Of a stretch of DNA of 43,783 nt, positions 38,985 to 43,783 are shown one piece after another. The stretch is from Rhodoferax sp. (GTDB lineage Bacteria > Pseudomonadota > Gammaproteobacteria > Burkholderiales > Burkholderiaceae_C), in the NCBI GenBank assembly GCA_020048795.1, contig JAIFMA010000075.1, forward strand, positions 1 through 43,783, given 5' to 3'. The notes under the pieces were generated by a model. The model did not search any database. It was not told where the DNA came from and was given only the letters and a program-made list of their open reading frames with translations. The translations under genes and the position numbers were made by a program. Each line of letters opens with the position of its first letter. Position 1 is the first letter of the stretch.

Positions 38985-39312
38985 CTAGTTGTTGAGTTTG
39001 GTCTTGACTGCCTGTGCCAGTGCAGAAACCTTGTCAACAATGCGCGCCACCGCTGAACGGTAAACCACATGGTCGTCACGCTTGTCCACCGCCATCACCA
39101 TCACCATCACCATCACTCTTCAGCTTGATTTTGTAGTATCCAGTCAGTTCGCCGTGCAGCGCGCCGCCCGGAACATGTGGGTTGTCCAGCCTTTTGCGCA
39201 AAAGTTGACGCAAAGGCTCTTTGACTGAACCGTCCAATGCTTGCCATTCTTTCCATGCAGAGGGGACAAACAGCAATCGGTATTTGTATTTGCGAACCGG
39301 CTCAGATGGCAT
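38985..39312 (-). pseudogene. RelE/StbE family toxin, inactivated
   Basis: AWKEWQALD..RLDNPHVPGGALHG..YKIKL, then a deletion of the expected GYRLVY segment, (GTGATG)x4 and a frameshift. The C-terminus VMAVDKRDDHVVYRSA..* is in another frame. Confidence 0.82.
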
Positions 39313-39553
39313 CAACGTCCACCTCAATCGCCTGCGCGCGCTCGCCCACACGGGCCAACACCAGACGGCGCAAATCCTCGTCGGCCAGTTCGTCGAGCAT
39401 GGCCTCAAAAACGGCAGGCTCCACCATATAGAAAGCGGCCCTGTTGTGGTTCAACACGGCAACCGGGCGGTTTCCAGCCTGCCGAAGCACAGCAGCCGGG
39501 TTTTTTTTGAACTCAGACATGCTGACGGTGATGTCTGCAAAGATGGCTTCCAT
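39302..39553 (-). CDS. Phd/YefM (StbD-like) antitoxin
   Basis: SMSEFKKNP and PVAVLNHNRAAFYMV; overlaps the toxin start. Confidence 0.9.
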   Translation of the reverse strand: MEAIFADITVSMSEFKKNPAAVLRQAGNRPVAVLNHNRAAFYMVEPAVFEAMLDELADEDLRRLVLARVGERAQAIEVDVDAI

Positions 39554-39605
39554 GACTTGGCTCCTGAAAAGCGCAAATTTTAGCTACAAAAACGGCGCTT
39601 TTTTA

Positions 39606-40016
39606 TCAACGGTTTTTGGCGGCAACAGCCACCGCCAGCGCCGCCACCACATCGCACACGGTTTTGCGCTCGGCTACCGGCAGACTCAGGTAATGCGCCA
39701 GCATGTCACGGTCCTGCATGTTCAGCTCTGTGCCTGTCTCCTGTACCTTGAAGGCCGGGACCAGTGTGCCATAGCGCAGCTCGTCTGCGCTGACGTGCAG
39801 CCAGTCGGCCAGCACACGTAACTTGTCCTGCATGGGGATGGATTTGCCCAGCAGCCAAGTGCGCGCAGTGTGCGATGTGATGCTCTTGCCCCAATAGCGC
39901 AGGTTGAACTCATTGGCCACCAACGTGGGGGAAGGCCGGATACCGACCCCTTTGAGTGCGGCCCTTAAACGTTCGGCAAACGCCTGGGCTTCAATCTGTT
40001 GCGATGCTTTTGACAT
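39606..40016 (-). CDS. XRE-like HTH transcriptional regulator
   Basis: FAERLRAAL..ARTWLLGKSIP..KLRVLADWLHVSADELRYG. Confidence 0.8.
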   Translation of the reverse strand: MSKASQQIEAQAFAERLRAALKGVGIRPSPTLVANEFNLRYWGKSITSHTARTWLLGKSIPMQDKLRVLADWLHVSADELRYGTLVPAFKVQETGTELNMQDRDMLAHYLSLPVAERKTVCDVVAALAVAVAAKNR

Positions 40017-40048
40017 GCATCAGAAACTAGGCGCAAGGACTGTATCAT

Positions 40049-40060
40049 TTTTGATCAAAA
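40049..40060. promoter_or_regulatory. Palindrome in AT-rich divergent promoter (candidate operator)
   Basis: Perfect 12-bp palindrome TTTTGATCAAAA between the regulator and the divergent lipoprotein genes. Confidence 0.35.
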
Positions 40061-40177
40061 TCAATTATTTGGTAAAACTCAGTTTCATTCATTCACAAGA
40101 AGCCCCTCGACATAAGAGCTCCACGCATTTCGCCCGACACGGATTCCGGCACACGCCGCTACAAGGAGAGTAATAAC

Positions 40178-40564
40178 ATGATCAGCAAGCAACACATTCA
40201 TCGGGCATTGACTTCGGGCATCAGTGCCTGCAGGGGTGGTGGGGACGCGCCCGCTCCTTCCGCACCAACTCCAACGCCAAACCCAGTATTTGCCAATTGC
40301 ACAAGTGGTAACTTTACACGTTACAAATACGATGCCATTGCCGTGGGTATGCGCATCGACGAGGTCAGTCAAATCATTGGATGCGGGCCTGTCAAAGACG
40401 CCAACAACCTGGACATATACCTCAACCATCAACCTGAAGATGACGTGGTGTATTGGCAAATTGGCTTCAGTTCTAGTCCGATGATCGCCGTCTATTTGAA
40501 TCCTACCAACCATTTGGTCACAACATTTGCAGGCGGCCGGTCAAAGTTAGCGATCGGTTTTTGA
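40178..40564 (+). CDS. Hypothetical lipoprotein-like protein (SmpA/BLIP-like motif)
   Basis: AAGGAG RBS; ISAC lipobox-like site, Pro-rich linker and YDAIAVGMRIDEVSQIIG; the hydrophobic signal core is weak. Confidence 0.6.
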   Translation: MISKQHIHRALTSGISACRGGGDAPAPSAPTPTPNPVFANCTSGNFTRYKYDAIAVGMRIDEVSQIIGCGPVKDANNLDIYLNHQPEDDVVYWQIGFSSSPMIAVYLNPTNHLVTTFAGGRSKLAIGF

Positions 40565-40639
40565 TGTGATGGATCGGACGGCCTAAGGTTTCACTCCCGC
40601 CAGGCCGAACATTTACAACAGGAAGTCGAAAGGAATGAA

Positions 40640-40891
40640 ATGAATTCAAAACTCCGGGTCGCTGCCAGCGCCGCACTTGTGTGCATTCTGGCGGCATGCG
40701 CCAGCACTGGCGAGAACCTTCAACGCGAGACCGCTCGATCCATCGGAGGCAACGTCAGCCCGGATCAGGTCACGGTATCCGATGTTGATCGCGGCGTGAC
40801 AAACGTCAAGTGGAAAGCCACCGCGCCCGGTGGAAAGTATGAATGTAGTGCGGACGACATGATTCGGCGCGTCCTTTGTACCAAGAAATAG
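40640..40891 (+). CDS. Small hypothetical lipoprotein
   Basis: Signal peptide with LAAC lipobox, two further Cys and an AAGGA RBS. Confidence 0.8.
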   Translation: MNSKLRVAASAALVCILAACASTGENLQRETARSIGGNVSPDQVTVSDVDRGVTNVKWKATAPGGKYECSADDMIRRVLCTKK

Positions 40892-41025
40892 CCACTGCCA
40901 CAGACGAGTTTGCATCCTCACCCCCACTTTTTTGTCCTCATTCGCACCGGTTTTTGATGCCGGGAACCGGCACATCTGAAGGTGTTGGGGCATCCAATCG
41001 CTGGTGCGACCGCCAATTTCGGGCC

Positions 41026-41080
41026 AAACCATCTTCCAGCGCATACGCCACCAGCGCCGGAAGCTATCATTTTAGTTGCA
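41026..41080 (-). repeat. 55-bp double-dyad motif, copy 8 (intergenic, inside the islet)
   Basis: Minus strand TGCAACTAAAATGATAGCT-TCCGGCGC-TGGTGGCGTA-TGCGCT-GGAAGATGGTTT. Confidence 0.7.
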
Positions 41081-41198
41081 TTTTTGATGTTATAGACAGC
41101 AGGTCGCAGAGCCAACTTTGCCGCGACACGCTTTGAAACCATGGATGTTGCGTTAAAATAGACCCGTATTTTTTCCGTACAAATTTCCGGAGCAAACC

Positions 41199-41495
41199 AT
41201 GACCACACTGTCATCGTCCCTTGAGCGAATCGACCTTCGTACCTCGCCCGAAATCAAGGAGCTGATTGTTCGGGCCGCCACCACGGCGGGGGTGTCGCTC
41301 AGCGCTTTTTTGATTGCCTGCGCCCAGGATCGAGCTAAACAAATACTGGCTGAGAGTGAAAACTTGACGCTGTCGCCGCGTGACTGGGATGCTTTTTTCA
41401 CCGCGCTGGACCATGCGGACAAGCCGCGCCCGCAACTGCAAGCCGCTGCAAACGACTATATGCAATGGCGCAAGCTCCGACCCGCGCCGGAGTGA
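41199..41495 (+). CDS. DUF1778 RHH antitoxin (TacA/AtaR-like)
   Basis: ERIDLRTSPEIKELIVRAA..GVSLSAF..LSPRDWDAFFTALD. Confidence 0.9.
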   Translation: MTTLSSSLERIDLRTSPEIKELIVRAATTAGVSLSAFLIACAQDRAKQILAESENLTLSPRDWDAFFTALDHADKPRPQLQAAANDYMQWRKLRPAPE

Positions 41496-41502
41496 CAGTC
41501 AC

Positions 41503-42090
41503 GTGATTGACTTCGATGGCCAGATTGAACTGCTGGCAAAACACCATGACAGGCGCAACTTTTCCTGCGGGCAAGCGCCGCTGGACAACTACCTGCGCCG
41601 ACTTGCCCGTCAACATGCGGTGTCGAAAATCAGCCGCAGCTACATGGCATGCAAGGCTGACCGAATCCTGGGTTACTACAGCCTGGCAATGTCGGCGATC
41701 CGCCGTGACCAATTGCCACAGCCGCATCAAAAACGTTTTCCCAATTACCCGGTGCCGGTAGCGCGCGCAATGTCGGCGATCCGCCGTGACCAATTGCCAC
41801 AGCCGCATCAAAAACGTTTTCCCAATTACCCGGTGCCGGTAGCGCGCCTGGCCCGACTTGCCGTGGACCAAAGCCAGCAAGGCAAGGGACTGGGCAAGTT
41901 GTTGCTGTTGGACGCGCTGTACCGTTGCCATCGGCTGTCAGAAGAAATTGGCGCGGTCGGTGTCATCGTTGATGCCAAGAACGTCAGCGCGCAAAATTTT
42001 TATATCCAGATGGACTTTGAAGCGTTTCCCGAGACACCTTCGACCCTATGGCTTCCTGATCAAGCCATTGCCAACTTGTTCTCACGATAG
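41503..42090 (+). CDS. GNAT toxin (TacT/AtaT-like) with a 27-aa internal tandem duplication
   Basis: FSCGQAPLDNYL, LGYYSL, LARLAVD..QGKGLG..LL.DAL and VIVDAKN; GTG start. Confidence 0.88.
   Translation: MIDFDGQIELLAKHHDRRNFSCGQAPLDNYLRRLARQHAVSKISRSYMACKADRILGYYSLAMSAIRRDQLPQPHQKRFPNYPVPVARAMSAIRRDQLPQPHQKRFPNYPVPVARLARLAVDQSQQGKGLGKLLLLDALYRCHRLSEEIGAVGVIVDAKNVSAQNFYIQMDFEAFPETPSTLWLPDQAIANLFSR
41686..41847 (+). repeat. Exact 81-bp tandem duplication
   Basis: 41686-41766 is identical to 41767-41847 (AMSAIRRDQLPQPHQKRFPNYPVPVAR x2). Confidence 0.95.
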
Positions 42091-42195
42091 TTGACGCTTG
42101 ACCTCAAACGGAGAAGCGTAGTCACCCCCCAGTGGCCCTGCGACAATGGCAAGCCTATTTACCTAGCAACCGGGCACTTGCGCCCCTCATGCACC

Positions 42196-43356
42196 ATGCC
42201 CGACATTGCCGCCGTCAACACGCGCCCTTTCACCCTCAGCGACTTTGATTTCAATCTACCGCCCGAACTGATCGCCCAGCACCCAACCCCTGAGCGCAGT
42301 GGTTCGCGCCTGTTGGACGGCACTGGCAGCACGTCGGTTGACCGGATTTTTCGGGACCTGCCCACGCTATTGCGGCCAGGCGACTTGATGGTGTTCAACG
42401 ACACCCGGGTGATGCACGCCCGCCTGTTTGGCGAAAAACGGACCGGCGGCAAGGTCGAACTGCTGGTGGAGCGCGTGCTGGGTGGCAACCAGGTGGCGGC
42501 GCACATGCGCGTCAGCAAAAAGCCCGAAGTGGGCACCTCAGTCAGGCTGATCTCGGCACCTGGCAGTCATGACAACCTGAGCGCCACGCTGCTGGGCCGC
42601 TGGCCAGACATGCAGGGCGCGTTATTTCGCTTTGTGTTGTGCAATGACGCAGGGGATGACCCCTACACCTTAATGGCACGCCACGGCCATGTACCGCTGC
42701 CACCCTACATCACCCACGCCGACTCGGCCGAAGATGCGCAGCGTTACCAGACCGTGTTTGCCAAAAACCTGGGGGCGGTAGCGGCTCCCACCGCCGCGTT
42801 ACATTTTGACGAGGCCTTGCTGGCCGCCGTTGATGCCATGGGGGTGCAGCGGGCGCACGTCACGCTGCATGTGGGTGCCGGCACGTTTCAGCCGGTCAAG
42901 ACCGAAAACCTGGCCGAGCACCAGATGCACAGCGAGTGGTGCGAAGTGCCGCCAGCCACCCAGCAGGCGGTGGCCGACTGCCGCGCGCGGACTGGGCGCG
43001 TGATTGCCGTGGGCACCACCACGGTGCGCACGCTGGAATCGTGGGCGATGACCGAGTGTGGTAGCCGTCAGTTGGCCAGCGCTGCGATCCAGCCCGCCAG
43101 TGCAGCGCCTTTGGCCCCCTATTCTTCCGACACGCAAATATTCATCACCCCCGGCTTCCAGTTCAAAGTGGTCGACACCCTGATCACCAACTTTCACCTG
43201 CCCAAATCAAGCCTGATGATGCTGGTCTGCGCATTTGCCGGACATGAACACGTCATGAAGCTGTACGATCATGCCATTGCCAACAGCTACCGGTTTTTCA
43301 GCTACGGCGATGCCATGCTGCTCGCCAGAAGCGCAGGTGTCCCTTCAGGGAGGTGA
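42196..43356 (+). CDS. queA: S-adenosylmethionine:tRNA ribosyltransferase-isomerase
   Basis: [45 protein letters not shown] and [10 protein letters not shown]. Confidence 0.97.
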   Translation: MPDIAAVNTRPFTLSDFDFNLPPELIAQHPTPERSGSRLLDGTGSTSVDRIFRDLPTLLRPGDLMVFNDTRVMHARLFGEKRTGGKVELLVERVLGGNQVAAHMRVSKKPEVGTSVRLISAPGSHDNLSATLLGRWPDMQGALFRFVLCNDAGDDPYTLMARHGHVPLPPYITHADSAEDAQRYQTVFAKNLGAVAAPTAALHFDEALLAAVDAMGVQRAHVTLHVGAGTFQPVKTENLAEHQMHSEWCEVPPATQQAVADCRARTGRVIAVGTTTVRTLESWAMTECGSRQLASAAIQPASAAPLAPYSSDTQIFITPGFQFKVVDTLITNFHLPKSSLMMLVCAFAGHEHVMKLYDHAIANSYRFFSYGDAMLLARSAGVPSGR

Positions 43357-43477
43357 TTGACGCTTGGAACATCCTTGAACCTAAATTCCTCGGTTGACCG
43401 CTTGTTTTCATCAGTAAGTCCTTATGAGCATTTACTTTTTCAGCTTTGATGGCGTTCGCCCATTGGGTGACAGCGCT

Positions 43478-43595
43478 ACGCACCCGATTGAGCCACCGGC
43501 AACACGCCTGGGGGCGTTGCTCCTCCTTGCGGGCAGGAGCCCGCTGCGTCGTCTCGCCTACCCAGACGTGCCGCCAGCGGCCCACTCGGGCGCGT
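43478..43595. repeat. Long imperfect hairpin element (MITE/REPIN-like), copy B
   Basis: 30-bp arms 43483-43512 and 43561-43590 (23/30 Watson-Crick); inner stem GCGGGC-AGGA-GCCCGC flanked by CGTTGC and CGCC. Confidence 0.7.
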
Positions 43596-43625
43596 CCAAC
43601 CGAGGAATCTAGGTTGAACTTGTAA

Positions 43626-43783
43626 ATGAACAGTTTTCAAAAACGAACCGCCATCCAGATCGCCAGCGTCAGCATGGTGCTGGCCTGCCTGGCCAGTCCG
43701 GTGGCGTGGTTTGTGGAACGTGAACGCTCCGAGGAAGGCATTGTTGCGCTGGCCATTGAGGAGTCCGGGCGCCTGTTGCACCA
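43626..43783 (+). CDS. N-terminus of a membrane-anchored protein (partial; possibly an HD-GYP-type signalling protein)
   Basis: MNSFQKRTAIQIASVSMVLACLASPVAWFVERERSEEGIVALAIEESGRLLH is open to the window end, with one TM helix. The family guess is weak. Confidence 0.55.
   Translation, partial: MNSFQKRTAIQIASVSMVLACLASPVAWFVERERSEEGIVALAIEESGRLLH

Larger units (their letters stand above)
38903..42148. mobile_element. Accessory islet between divergent recG and queA (2 TA modules, HTH regulator, 2 lipoproteins)
   Basis: Accessory cargo between two genes that are commonly adjacent in Betaproteobacteria. Boundaries inferred from the split motif; no integrase or transposase seen. Confidence 0.55.

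Noticed and set aside
39093-39116. (CATCAC)x4 reads as a His8 tag on the plus strand
   Set aside because: It is the antisense of the RelE VMVM codons and is not in a credible plus-strand ORF; no vector sequence lies nearby.
39570-39599. AGCGC-AAATTTT-AGCTAC-AAAAAC-GGCGCT as a ninth copy of the 55-bp motif
   Set aside because: Spacing is wrong and the second dyad and tail are absent; more likely the TA promoter/operator.
38903-42148. Integron cassette array or IS-bounded transposon
   Set aside because: No RYYYAAC..GTTRRRY attC pairs, integrase, transposase or matching terminal inverted repeats found. The left end (38904-38950) vaguely resembles an IS end but is unsupported.
1-43783. CRISPR arrays, tRNA/rRNA genes, prophage genes
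   Set aside because: No regularly spaced repeats, tRNA-like sequences or phage hallmark proteins seen by eye.

Overview
GC-rich betaproteobacterial chromosome segment. Gene content and order suggest Comamonadaceae (Rhodoferax-like); this is an inference. The backbone is housekeeping: nadA/nadC, gpsA-secB-grxC-rhodanese, ctpA, moeB, a purine/nucleoside ABC transporter behind a sigma54-type promoter, tctCBA, a GspE/PilB-type ATPase, glcEF, glpK, proC, ubiA, oxyR, recG and queA. Accessory parts are an ArsP/thioredoxin pair and a ~3.2 kb islet between recG and queA carrying two toxin-antitoxin modules, an HTH regulator and two lipoproteins. At least seven genes are damaged by deletions, frameshifts or stops: MaoC, alpha/beta hydrolase, gpmA, a Mo-oxidoreductase, a PIN toxin, an ABM monooxygenase and RelE; the GNAT toxin carries an 81-bp duplication. 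The most unusual signal is a fixed-length, ungapped ~55-bp double-dyad motif present 8 times. Six copies lie within or overlap coding sequences, in at least three codon phases. One copy appears to be split by the recG-queA islet. A second, longer hairpin element occurs twice. All calls come from reading the sequence by eye; no searches were run.
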